DNA of 64,000 bases, taken from positions 13,839,175-13,903,174 of the forward strand of contig MU056000.1 of the NCBI GenBank assembly GCA_013239625.1. Reading direction: 5' to 3'. The stretch's first letter is position 1. Every line of letters starts with the position of its first letter. Shown piece after piece: positions 41,319 through 54,129 of the stretch. Under the pieces are notes generated by a model, which saw only the letters and a program-made list of their open reading frames with translations, did not search any database and had not been told where the DNA came from. The translations under genes and the position numbers were made by a program. The DNA is from Lama guanicoe. Its lineage: Eukaryota.

Positions 41319-41455
41319 CATTTTCTGAAGCAGCAACTGTGATGTTGTACCACGGAGTTTCCTCTCTATCAAGGACCTTGGTGGTCTTAATGGTTCCAGT
41401 GTTGGCATCAATGTTGAAAAATCTGTCATCTTCAGCTTTGTAGTCGATGAAATAT
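41319..41455 (-). CDS. CDH18: Cadherin-18 internal coding exon B (137 nt; EC4)
   Basis: Acceptor tttgtttctctag|ATAT and donor AATG|gtaaac. Joined to exon A it reads (R)YFIDYKAEDDRFFNIDANTGTIKTTKVLDREETPWYNITVAASEN(D), with the LDRE motif. Phase 2 to phase 1. The ORF track shows only a wrong-frame ORF here. Confidence 0.97.
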
Positions 41456-42019
41456 CTAGAGAAACAAATAGATACATTTTCTTTTACCTGACGCTATAAT
41501 AAAGAAAAGAAAACTGAATCAAGGGAGGTATTAATCTAATACATTCAAGTATTGAAACATGCATTTTTACTTTCCATATTTGGCTCTTAAGATTTGCCTG
41601 GCCATTTTATATTTGCATAGAACTGATATCAATTATTTTTCTGTCACTCGTTTTTTCTGTCACTTCAATTACTAACTCAAAAAGTTTAAAACATACACCT
41701 ACTAGACTCCATGAACAAAAGCACAGTAATTAATGAGGGAGAGACCAAAAAAAAAAAACTTCTCTGTGAAGCCTACAGTCCACTGGAAAAAATAAAACTT
41801 TGATTAAACTTCTCATTGTTATATGTACAGTTTTTTTTAAGGATAACAGATGTTAGAGATTAATTTATCTTGGAATTTCATTATACCTGAAGTTGGAAGA
41901 TAAACACAAAGTGAAAAACAAAACATTTTAATTAATTACCGTTGTGTCTCCATCACTTAGCATCTTCTCTTAGTCAAAGAGTGAAAGAATGAATAAACAG
42001 GAAGTAGGTTGCTTTACTG

Positions 42020-42471
42020 ACCACACATCTTCTTCCCTGCCAAGCTCATGTAATTGTGCATGGCTTTCTTACCTTAGATTTGGCCCCCAGCTTACTTTGG
42101 CAACGGAATGAGTGGAAAGTGATGGTGCCCTGTTCCATATTTGGGTTTAGGTGTCCTGAGACTTTGCAAGTTCCCTCTTACACTCTACCACTGCCAGAAG
42201 AAGATCATGCCAGGGCTAGTCCACTGGTTCCCAGAAGAAAGGTGAGAGACATAGGGTTGGCCCAGTTCAGATTCCCCACCTAGCGCAGAGCTACCTAATA
42301 AATGAGCAGATGCATGATGGAATGCACTGGGGGTACGCAGAGCTGGCAAACAAAAGCCAGTCTGGTTCATCTGATCCCAGCTGACTCAGACACACACACC
42401 ATGGCTATAAATTACTTTTTTCTATACCCCTGAGTTGTGGGGTTTTACATTATTCAACAAGTTAATTAACA
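42020..42471 (+). mobile_element. Old MaLR LTR (MLT1H/I/J-like)
   Basis: tactttggcaacggaatgagtggaaagtgatg...gaagatcatgccagggctagtccactggtt...ctgagttgtgggg. Confidence 0.65.
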
Positions 42472-42509
42472 TAAATCTGAATAAATAATATAGTAAACAA
42501 TCATTATAT

Positions 42510-43040
42510 TGTTACCCCCAAAAAAGGAAAAGACCTCAGTCCTTGTCTCACCTGAGGACAAGATTACAGATGGGAGACGCATCGCATAATGAAAGATTTT
42601 TGAAGGACTTATTTAGGAAAAGAAAAGTCCACCTTCAAGAGTGGGAGGCGGGCTGATCCAAGGGAGGGAAAGTGGTCTTTGTTTTGCCCTCTCTCTCACC
42701 CTGGCTTAGAGGCGGCCTTTTGATTGATTGAGGGCTCTTGCCCCTGGAATGCCGAGTCATGTTTGTTTCCTTTGCACAAGTCCTTACCCATGATGTACAC
42801 AGAAAAACCCGTGTTAGGGGCTACACCACAGTGTTAATTATATTACAATGAGCACTGGGTCGTGTTCCATTAAGTTTTTCAATACTGCATAGTCCTGACT
42901 GGTTCTAACCAGTTTCTTGCTGGCCCTCATTTAGAAGAAGTAAAAATCCCTTTCTGCTGGAGGCAGGCATAACCCCAACTTCCCGACCATCCTCCCTCTC
43001 CTCCACCTATCTGCCCGGTGCCCCACTTCACTATCTAACA
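42510..43040 (-). mobile_element. ERV1-class solo LTR (531 bp), same orientation as CDH18
   Basis: TG...CA termini with inverted tgtta/taaca and a 4-bp TSD atat (42506-42509 and 43041-43044). The minus strand starts tgttagatag and ends tgagacaagg...ggtaaca, the same layout as the LTR at 53460. Confidence 0.85.
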
Positions 43041-43149
43041 ATATGTTCTAGGAAAGTTCCACACCGTTCCTCAACGGGTTTAAGGAGGGAGTTTTCTTGT
43101 CTCCTTAAACCTCTAATCCTTCATCCCTCTTCATTACTCTTAGCTTAAG

Positions 43150-44600
43150 TTACATTTCTTCTACGTCTGAAGAAAAAAGAATGAACAGTCATGTGAGAAG
43201 TGCAAGGGGAAGAATATTTGAATATAGGGACATAAAGTACAAAGATCCAAAGTGCAGAAAAAGCTTGACATGGTTCCGTAACAAATGGATGTTTCCATGT
43301 AACTGGCAGAATAATGAAGTGATGGCCAGGGGGTAGGACATGCCCGCCCTGTAGCACAAGTCAAGGGTTTTGACTTTTTGATAGAAGCAATGGAAACAAT
43401 TTAAACAAAATAAATAACAGATCAACTTACGTTCTGAAAAAAAATTCCAGTGGCTACTTTGGAATCTTGGAACACAGAACATTAAAAACAACTCAGAAAA
43501 GAAATAATTGTCATCATGGGCACAGGTGGAAAAAAACAAGGAAACGGACAGAAGTGTATAAAACAGTGCTATATTTTGGCTACAACCTATAAAGCTTTTT
43601 GTTGGAGTGGCATTAGTGAAAAGAAGAAATCATGAATGATTTTTGTGTTGTGTCTGTGTATTTGATCTAGCATGTAGCTGATAAGCCCATTCAGAGTTAA
43701 AGAGGGAAAGAAACAATCCCTTTAGGAGAAAAAGAGTCAGGCAGAAATCAGTGGCTTTGACATGTTATGCCTTGGATGTCAATTAATAAACATGTGGAAT
43801 AAAAATAGAAAATTAGATGTGGGTCTGGACTTCCAATGTGCTTTCTGAATGAATGGGAAATATACAGCTGAGGATGTATCAGCCTAAATGTACTGTAATG
43901 GGAACAATATAATTTCATCTGGGAGAGAATTGTAAGGAAAGGACGTGACAGATGGAGCGGTACAGAACTCCATCTTTGGGTATAAAGCATCCCAGCATCT
44001 GCATAGGAGATGCTTCAGGGGACGGTGCAGCTCAGGGGAGAAGGGAAATTGGGCGAGTGGGGTGGTGCAGAAGCCAAGAAAGGAGTGTGGACAGCTGGGG
44101 TGAATTCTATAAAGAAGCTGAATGAGGTTAGTAAAGGTTGAATTGGATTTAGCAGGATGGACATCTTTGGCTAACTTGAAAAAGAGTAGTTTCAATAAAA
44201 TATGAAAGGTTGAAAGTTTTATTGCAATGGATTCAAAAGTATATTGAATGCGAATATATGAAGCCCATGCGTCGTGATGCTTGATTGAATATCGTTACCT
44301 GAAGTGAAGGTCAGAAAAATGGTGCCTTATGTCATCAGAGAAGTGGGTTCAACAAATTAATTTTTTCTGATGTGGGAAATAATAGGCATTGTCTTTGCTG
44401 GAGAGAATGATCATTTTGAAAGAGGGGAATATCTAAAAAGATAAAAATCGTGAGAATGTGAACAGATTGGTTTCCAGAGCATGAATATTGGGATTTCCAT
44501 TGAAAGTAACAGAGGAAACTTCTTCCACTTTAACATGGGGAAACACTCGGAATACAGGTGATTGTGGTGATGGAAATATTACAAAATTCATCATACTTTC
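43150..44600 (-). mobile_element. L2 LINE fragments
   Basis: AG-rich antisense L2 phrases (gaattggatttagcaggatggacatctttggctaacttgaaaaagagtagtttca). Confidence 0.7.
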
Positions 44601-46569
44601 TAAAACAGATTATAAATATAATTGAAATACAACCCATGCCTCACATAGGCACACGGTGTTAACGCCTATGTAGAACATATTGCTCAACATGAAACCTCAT
44701 AACAACCTGTGCACAGACAGGCACAGCCATGACAGAAGACATTAATAGCATCCCATAAATCCAGACTATGAAGCATCCCAAGAAACCTAGGAGCTCACTT
44801 AATGAAAATAAGACCTGACAAAAACAGAACATATCGCTTGTACCTGTGGGATCAAAACAAGGAACCGGCCATTTTGTGCAGATTGTTCTAATAAAAACTA
44901 TAGGTTAATGAAAGAAAATTCAACTTGCAAAATCAGTTTAAGCGAGGAAAGACCAAAATATAAAGCAAATCTGATTTGGAGAAGAGACATCAGATCCAGA
45001 CACTACAGAAGAGTGGTAACGAGATACAGCATTGGGCTTTCACAGAGCATGAGGCCGTGGGGCCCTGAAACTGATTTACTTCTTTGACTTGAGTTGATAT
45101 CACAAAAATCCCCCAAAACAAAAAACAAAAAATCCTCATAATCTCCCTTCCCCTGAGGCTTGTTGCCGAGGATGCAGGAGGATGAGGGCTGAATTGCTTA
45201 GACGTGGGAAATCTTGTCAAAGAAAAAGAATAATATCGATTAAAATGTAATCAGTTGGCAATCTGGTTATTACATTGTTTAAAGTAATCTGTCTTCAGGA
45301 AACTTTCCATTCGGGGATAGTCTTAGAACAATGGTTTCTGTATTTGAAAGTTGAACCTAAAATTGAAAAATATTATTCAACCTCGAAGCTCCCTGCCGCA
45401 GCTATCAGCAAAGCCCAGACGACACTGTTGTCAACATACCCCTATGAAATATGGCAGAATTTGCCTCCTTTTAGAAATCTGATCACTTCAGAACTGTTAG
45501 TCTGGAAGAAAATGGGTTTTCTTCTGTTTATAAGGTAAATTAAGATTCTGAAAGTGTGTGGCATCTTTATCAGAACAACCCCCTCTCTTTAAAGCATCCC
45601 ACAGACAGAGCTTTCTAACATTAAGTGGTAGTATTAGTGTTAAATACTTTTAGAATGAATAGGCTTTTATTTGAATTTGAAAAATATATAATCTATGTTT
45701 ACATGGTAGATGTAACACGAGGCACATGTCCTCACTCATGTTACTTCTTACTCTTCTTTGCAGCCTAACTCTTGGGAAATATACAACATAAGGGCTCGCT
45801 ATACGGGCAATGCTTGAATCCAAAGAGTCTTATTCATGGGGTTGCAACTGAATTTCAACTCAAGTAGAACTAAATAGCTCTGTTTAACTACCCTTGGATT
45901 TCTGCCTAGCCACAGTAATAAAAACTCAGAAAAAGGGAAGACAGAAATGTCAGAGAAAAGAAACGATACAGGACTAGGTTGGGGGTAATATGCAGGATCA
46001 TTCAATGCTAATATTTAAAATTAAGAAGGGACATGTGTCTATGAAACTGTTTATCCAACAACAAAATAGATAAAACATTCTCAGTAGGTACCTGTTTAAA
46101 ATATTTTTGTAATAAAATACACTTCCTTTCACAAACTTCAAAAACACACAACACTTAATACTTCATGAACATCTATATACATACATACACATACACACGC
46201 ACACACATATATTTAGATTTTTGGCAAATGTTAATAGGAATTTGACATTTTTAGATATATCCAGCAAGTATAAAATCAAGTAACCATTTGCCTAGGTGAT
46301 ATAGGTCCTAACTTGGGATTAATTATGAAAGTTGAGGAATTAAGAGTTTTGAGAATTGTATTTTAATATTCTAGTTCACAGCTGTCAAAAATGAACCAAT
46401 GTAAACTGAGGCTAGAGTATATATAACTGGACAAGATGTTTAAAATATCCTTCAAATTATACTTTTCCTCTTAACGGAAGATTATATGGGGATGATGTAT
46501 GAGACTTGGAGGAAACACTTACACATGTATGGGTTATTTGCAAAAGCAATCTAATAAGCGATAACAAAA

Positions 46570-46790
46570 ACTAACATTTATGAAGCACTTGCAGTGTACT
46601 ATATACATTCTTTAAATGTTTCCTAAATATTAGTTTATTACAGACTCAAAAAAACTAGATAAGTACCATTAATAGACCATTTTTGCCGAGAAGAAATCTG
46701 ATGCAGAGTGATGGAGAATTTTATCCAACTTCAAAGAGCTAGTTAGTGCAAGAGATTAAAAATCAATACAATCCATCAAGTAATATTTAT
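46570..46790 (-). mobile_element. MIR SINE
   Basis: ctaacatttatgaagcacttgcagtgtac...ccatttttgccgagaagaaatctgatgcagag. Confidence 0.6.
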
Positions 46791-47649
46791 ACTTTTTTAA
46801 AGTAGATAATATTTGAGGCTTTACCCATTCATTCAATGAATATTTATTTGAAGGAGTAAAAGAGAGGAACAAGAGATATATAAAAGAGAAGAGGTAGCAA
46901 GACCTGAGAATTATTTAGACATGGTTTAGTTAGGGAAACAAGTAGGCCAAAAAAAAAAAAAAAAGAAAAGCTATTTGCAAGCTAATATTGAGATCGATGC
47001 TCAGACAGTTTAAAATCAGAGGTCAGAGTTAAATTCTAAGCACCAGAAGGCATTAGGGAAAACATGGGTGAGATATCTTAGATCTGGTCTAAAGTGAGCT
47101 GTCATTTTTCAGACCACCATTACTTTGTAAGTAAGATAGAAGGAAAGAGTTGGTTATAGATAGGCTACAGACAGAAGTTGATCTCCTTTACCCATACGCT
47201 AATGCCCTGATCAATATTACCATCTCCACAGTGTTACCCTAGAGTAATATGAACTTACTTTACAATAAAATATTCTTTGGTAAGGAATGACAATTGATTC
47301 AATCATCATCAACTAAGTCATTGAGAGAATGCTTGTGAGAGAGGCGAGAGGGGGTTGGTTGATGGGGACAATTCAACTCATAGTGCATTTTTGATCTAAA
47401 ATGCAAAGGTCGGCTCACGAAGGTACATAGAGAGAAGAGATGAACAGAAGAGGGGTTTACCCAAAACAAATTTCCCAATTTTCAGATACTGTAGAGGTGA
47501 TAACCACTTCAGGCCACTGAAGAACCTCTCCTACATTCTTTTCTTTGTGCACAATAAACTGTCTTGATTTATTCAGAATGTAAACACAAATTCTATGAAA
47601 ATTTGTTTCCAAAAGAGATCCAGCGTATGTGTGAAAATGGTATTGAGCA

Positions 47650-47885
47650 GTAGTAAGAGAATCAACACGGGTTTGGAAACCAAGTAAGAGTGGTGTTCGT
47701 CACACCTAACCCTCTGATTAGCTCTGTGACCGTAAGCAATGTACCACCTCTCTGAGCCCTTCTTTGTTAGCAAAATGGAGATGTTGCCTACTTGTAACTT
47801 TCTTGTGACAATTAAATGAAGTAATATATGAAAGTATTTTATGCTTGAGTACAACATGACAGACCTCAATAGTTAACTGTTACTT
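47650..47885 (+). mobile_element. MIR SINE
   Basis: tagctctgtgaccgtaagcaatgtaccacctctctgagcc...aaaatggagatg...attaaatgaagtaatatatgaaagt. Confidence 0.75.
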
Positions 47886-50800
47886 GTTTTATTGTCTCTT
47901 AAGTTCGCTTTCTGTCTTTCTTTCTTAGAAAACTTATGTTTATTTTGTTGAGAAAGTTCATGAATAGTAAGTTCTGTTTTTTTGTTAGTTTGTTTTGTCT
48001 TTTTCTTCTGGCAAAGTGCTCCAAACACAGTAGGAGCTGAATAAGGATTACTATTGAATGAACAAATGTCTCCATACAAATGGCATGAATTGCTGTCCAT
48101 TTCCAAAAAAAAAAAAGAAAGAAAATTCTGTCCAAAAATTATTTCCCTGCCCAATGCACATCAGTCAACTTTCATTTGGAAAGTTTATGAGAATAAAACT
48201 CTTTCTACAACCTACCATAGCACAGGGGTACGACTTTGCCTTATAAGTGAATGAATAAACCAACGAAGCCTTCAACAAATACAAAGAAGAATCTGTTAGT
48301 ACCTAATGTAAAATTAATTAAGGCATGTCAGAGTAGCCTTTACCTCTTTTGTAAATGTTTTGGCGGAAAGAATCAGGCCAATAGGTCATCACGCTTTAAT
48401 TATCCAGAGCAGTAGGTTTTCATACAGAGATGAATTTTTTATAGATTCCTAATATTATGTTCAAACTTTCTTAGATTAATTCAGGAAATTAACTTTCTTT
48501 TACAGCGTGTGCTAGCTTATATTTCTCTTTCACTGAGAGATATCTAAACATTGCAAAAAGGACAAATACATTTACAATTTTCACAGCATTTCATTTAACT
48601 TACAGTTCTGGAACTAATTTTAAGTTGTAATACAATTATCATTTTTAAAGCTCATTTTTTTTAGACTTTCGGTTGAATCCTAGGGGAAAAAAAAAACCCT
48701 CCATAGTACCTCATGTGGATGCTTTGGCTAAATCTGCAGGATACATAGCCAACAGGATTCGTATGAGGGAGAAAATGTTTAGGTAGATTCAAGGGCTACT
48801 CTAGTATGATTATTATAGCACAACATTATGTCCTGACATCACTATAAGCTCACCATATCTTGCATGAACTAGATGCCAAGATAATATCTATACTAAATGC
48901 TACTTAAGAAGTTTTGTGATCAGTAATCAATAAGATGTTGCCTATGAGGGACTGATTATCACCTGGCTGCAGACTAGAGGAAGTACAATTAAGCTTGTTC
49001 CGGCTCAGATTTGTCCAGTGGTCCTTAAGAGCCCACTCACTGGACAACTCCCTATGCAAACCATGACTAATTTTCTGCTGTCAGATAAATGGGCCCATTT
49101 AACATAGGGGATCTTGCAAAAGTTGCTACTGTAGCTTATAAACCTGGGTTAAAATTTTTTATTCCTACAACTACTCTGTTCTGTCATTCAATATGTGCAC
49201 CATTTCATATTTCTAGTAAATCTATTTTAATGCAATGAAAAGAAAAAAGCATTACATTGAAATAAGACGAAAATTTATTCTTAAAATTAGAATTTATGGG
49301 CAAACAAAACACCAGACACGTTATGGCCATGGTAAACACTGTCAGTCTCAACAATGATTGCCTTTATTCAAGTATTTTCTTCAACAGAAGCTACTTTAAA
49401 CAAATTACCCAGTTCATCATTTAGTAATCAATTTCACTGATTATATAGGCCTAGATTCAAGATAATTATTAGTCATGTTAAAGTACATTAGAAAAGTTTT
49501 TTCACTTCAATAACAAAATTTCAGCCCTCAGAGACACTTGTTATTTTCATTATAGTCTGTCCATTTCACCATAAAAATTAATTTAAAACTTACATCATGG
49601 AAATCTATTTTAACAGTGGTTTACTTGGAGAAACATCAGTTGGCTTAAAGTATAGAAGACTTCTTTCAGTTGTCACACTGTAGATACTTGTGGGTAAAGA
49701 ACGTGAGTAGTAACGCAAATATATTTGAGACTTTGCCTTCCAACCAGCTGTTTTTGTGAGTTTTACTGACTATGATCAATAGATGGGATAAAGTTTAATC
49801 AATGTACACCCTGTGGGATATTACAGCAGCTTGGCCTCATCTTTAATTTAACAAAAAGTCACACACCTGCAGTATAGCTCAGATTCATTAAAAAATTTAA
49901 GATTCCCTTAGCTCACTTTGGGGATGCAATTTATTCCACAAGTCATGCACCCAGAAAATAATCCTTCTAAAAAAAAATAGAACATAAAGACCATTTGTCA
50001 CTTGATAGTGTATTGTGCTTAATAAGACAGGCAGCACATACAGCACGTAGATATTCTGGAAAGCTTTCTAACGTCTCAAACCAAAGCCTTGCCCCAATGA
50101 GACAAAAGCACCTCAAGAAGTAAAACGTCTGCACAAAAAATGCTTCCGCCTGTTATTTATGCTTTTCAGTAATGAAGATTTTAAAAATTCCAGTAATCTT
50201 GAGTTTTATAAATGCTATGGAACCATTTTAAGCATCTTTTATTTCTTTGAAAAATTCACAAGAAAGCTATTTGGATGGTTTAGTTCCCTGTCGGTAGACT
50301 AGCAGATGTCACGAAGCCAGGATTTAGGCATTCATTCCAGAGCTAAGGGAGTTGCACAGGCCCACCCAGAAAATAGTTTCTCCCTCTGGCATCAGGATTC
50401 TGATTTGGGGTGGTTTCCACCACATGCTAGGTTGCTAGGTAACTGTGAGCCCAAAATGGAAATATTTCTAGGGGTCTTCTGTATCTTTTTTGAAGCACGG
50501 TGACAGTGACCACGTTCTCTTCCAAGCTCTGTGATTAGCTAGCGATGTAACTGGGAGTCAGTCACTCAGTTGGCTTAGTCTACAGATCTCTTCATCTCTG
50601 ACAGAACAGGATTGTCTTGGTCATCTCTGGGTGCCTTGACATTCTCAAATGCCATAGTGACGTGACATTTAACAGTCAAGTTATTGGTCAATCTAAATGT
50701 GCTAATTTGGCTATCTGTAATGTGATAAATGACAAAACACAAGTCAAAGACAAGGACTTCCAGTTTTAAACGGGAGTCTTCTTTCTCTCTATCTGCACTC

Positions 50801-51957
50801 AATTTGCATTAATTGTGCTTAATGAATTATCTCCTTTGTATCAGATGACTATGCCAGTTTTAATGAGGATATATTAAGGCTTTCTATTAAAGGTCCAATT
50901 AAGGCATTCTTGACTTTCACTAAGCTAATCTTTCATAAGTAAATTTGGTCTATAAGGTTTTTACTCACTGTATATCAGATGATATCTTTAATGTGAATAT
51001 ATTTTGAAACACATTTTCTAGGTATTCTTGTCTTTCTTTTTGGAAGTTTGATTCCTATAGTCAAACCATCTTAGTTACTTTTTTAAGCTTTCCTTTTCAA
51101 CTCTACCATATCATCTTGTCATTATTTTGAAATACAGCTTATTTTTTGCTGTTATAACATCCCCAAGTGAATGAGGTGCTCCTAACTGTCATCTCATCAT
51201 TAGCTTCATGAAAATTTCAGAAATATGTAAGAAAAACAAACACACTAAGGACGCAGTGAATATACTGGAAGCATTTGTTCAGAGGTTACAATTAAACTAA
51301 AAATAGGCTGAGTAAACACTTCTAATTCTCTACAACTGTTCTTTTTTTTAAAGATATTTTAGAAAGTTGTTTTTTTTTAATTTGGCAATTATTTCCAAAC
51401 TCCATCACAATTTTATTTCTTATGTTAGCACATAAATTGGCTATTGTTTCCTAAATAATGTCATGGTAAGCATTTGAAAACAACAATGCATGATATTTAC
51501 TATTTCTTTCTAATGGCTTTAAAGTTATAACACAAAGAACATACTAAACATTTTACCAATCAATAAATGTATAGATAAATTCAGATAATAAATCAAAGTG
51601 GAAAAGAAGATGAGGGGCTATCCTTACTCATACAAATTCATGCTAAAGCTCTTCATCCTAGAGAAATGTTAATTGGAGACTTCACTAATTTCCTTTTTGT
51701 TGTACTAAATCAAGTCATATATGTCTTTGACTTTACATGTGGAGAAACTCTAAAATTTAGAGTTTTTTTCATGAGATGCTAGAGTTAAAAATGGAATTTG
51801 ACTTTCTTCTGCATCTCTTTTTCCAGAAGTATGAAACACATCTAAACATGGAAAACATTCATCTGTTTCCTACTTTGTAATACCTGACGTCTGTAAATGC
51901 AGTTTATAATAATAATAATAATTCGTATTACAATAATTTTTATTAGTTGAAATATAT

Positions 51958-52210
51958 GAGAGGTAGTATATTATGGCTTTTAAAAAACAGGGTCCTTGGA
52001 ATAAAGCAAAACTGGATTTAAATTCTAGATCTGCCACACTTTATCACTATGTAAACTTGGCCAATTTACCTAATTTTCTGAGCCTAGTTTCTTCATCTGT
52101 AGAATGGGACTAATACTATAGACTCTTTAGGGTGGTTAGAGGGGTTTTTGACTTGCTGTATAAACCTCTGGCCCACAGAGAGCAAGCAATGAATGGTCAC
52201 TGTTTGTAAT
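51958..52210 (+). mobile_element. MIR SINE
   Basis: ctatgtaaacttggccaatttacctaattttctgagcctagtttcttcatctgtagaatgggactaata. Confidence 0.8.
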
Positions 52211-53271
52211 AGTCATGTGATACGGGTCACATTTCCAGAAAGCCCTCTAGCCTCTTGTGTTATCACAGGGTTGCTCATCCGTCAGCAGCTACACCGGAAA
52301 TCCCTGAATTTCAGTTGCAGTATGCCAGCAAGTGAGCACAGGCTGTTTAAATCAAGGTTTCTTTCCTACTGGTAAATAGCCTGGTTCCAATTCTATTTTT
52401 AAGAAAGTTGGTGATTATATTGCTGCAAATTGCACATCCTTGTTTTGAGTTGAAAGAGACAAAAGCTAGACAGGGCATGCTCTTAGAAATCTGAATAATC
52501 TTACTAATAGCTTAGAAAATTGAAATACAAAAGGCTGAAGTCAGGAAGCTTTTCACAAATGCCTGTAAGATGCAAACTCCCTTTCATTATCAATTCTGCA
52601 GACTTGGAGTTAATTGCATTTTAGGGCACATTGCAAGGTACAGCTTTTCAAGACGTGTTTCCTTAATTAGTACAAACATTTGGTCCCTGAGAAACGTGGA
52701 AGTATAGGATTGTTTTTGTATTTGTTAATGTTTTCTGTATTTTATTCACTGTTTGCACCTAGAGGCCCATGTGAATGACACATTTTTATTAAAATTAAGA
52801 ACAACTATTATGTAAATTATGCCCCCAAACACGAGCTATGGAGTCTGATGATTTTAAGGAAGCTTTGGAAGGATTCATTTCAGCTGTCTAACCAAAACAA
52901 AACAAAAATATAAGGCACAAGCTAATGAATTTGTGCTTCTTAGAATTTGCATTTGGAGAAAATATACCAGTCACCTTTGCGTAGCAACAATTAGGGGACT
53001 GTGTGAAACGTAGCTGGTGTTCAATTAAATGCTCCCAATGACAGAGCAATTACTGAGGACGTTAACAATATTATGGAGCAATTATATATAAATATTTTTT
53101 AAGAAATAAAGTGTATATGTTGAAACATTCACATGAACATGCACGTATGTGAGACATCTACACTGATATGCATTTCCCAAAAATAGTTTTTCAAAATTTA
53201 TTTCCATGAATTTAATAATTAGAACTCCTGTTTTGCCAAAGTAACATCCAGTTTGGTTTTTTCCCTGTGTT

Positions 53272-54088
53272 AAGTGTTTTCAACCTCAGCACTATTGATA
53301 TTCTGGAACAGATAATTCTTTGTTGTGGGGACTCACTTGTGAGCTGCAGGATGCTCAGGACCATCCCTGACATCTATCTACAGATGATAGCAGTATTCCT
53401 CCCCAAGTTGTGATCACCAAACACATCTTCAAACATTGCCAGTGGTCCCTTGGTAGGGTTGTTAGAGTAGGCAGATAGCCAGATATGAGCAGAGAAAGGG
53501 GGGCACAGGCCAAGTGGCAGAAAATCATACGTCATCTAAACAACGGGGGTCCCTGGGCAGATGGCAAAAAGCTGGAACCTCTGGACTGATAAGAAATCAC
53601 ACATTTGGGGTGTAAGTGTCCTGGCGGCCAACAAAGAAAGGGAAAAAAGCAGGATCTCTAGTGTCTAAATGTAACCTTTTGCTCATTATGCCCTCATTAC
53701 AAGTAAATTAGCCTTGCAAATTAGAAGTTCCCATCATGCACCGACATCATGACACTTCCCATCCAGACTAAATAAGAACAAAAATCCCTCTTCCCCTTGA
53801 GAAGGTTGATCTGGGGTGAAAATCAGGGAATACAACTCTAAACCCTTCCCCCCGAATGAATATTCCGTCCATTCATTTTTACACCCTATGTAACCAACTT
53901 GCCAAAGAAACTCAGCGTAGCCACTCACCTGAGTCTGCCCTCTCTCCCCTTGACCGTGTACTATCCATCCCTCAAAACATCCTCATTTTACTTTCTTAAC
54001 CTCCGTGTCTGTCTCTGAATTCTTTCTGCGATGAGACAAGAACCTAATTGCCGGCAACAGAGGGATTTTGCCCTGGGGTGACCACTGT
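53272..54088. mobile_element. MER20 hAT-Charlie DNA transposon, split by an LTR
   Basis: tcaacctcagcactattgatattctggaacagataattctttgttgtgggg...caaacattgcc up to about 53459; the terminal part resumes at about 54060-54088 (...gaccactg). Confidence 0.8.
53460..54059 (+). mobile_element. ERV1-class solo LTR (600 bp), antisense to CDH18
   Basis: tgttagagtaggcagatagccagatatgagcag ... tctgaattctttctgcgatgagacaagaacc...ggcaaca. TG...CA termini with a MER41/MER50-like layout. The TSD is not clean. Confidence 0.82.
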
Positions 54089-54129
54089 TTTACGTGGAAC
54101 GGTGATTTTGTGTATGTTAGGATGTACAG

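Noticed and set aside
41292..41477. 61-aa minus-strand ORF (DISSTTKLKM...)
   Set aside because: An alternative reading frame over exon B; the cadherin frame is different.
41611..41618. Isolated octamer ATTTGCAT near exon B, with others such as 32755
   Set aside because: Several copies are expected by chance at this AT content, and there is no supporting cluster.
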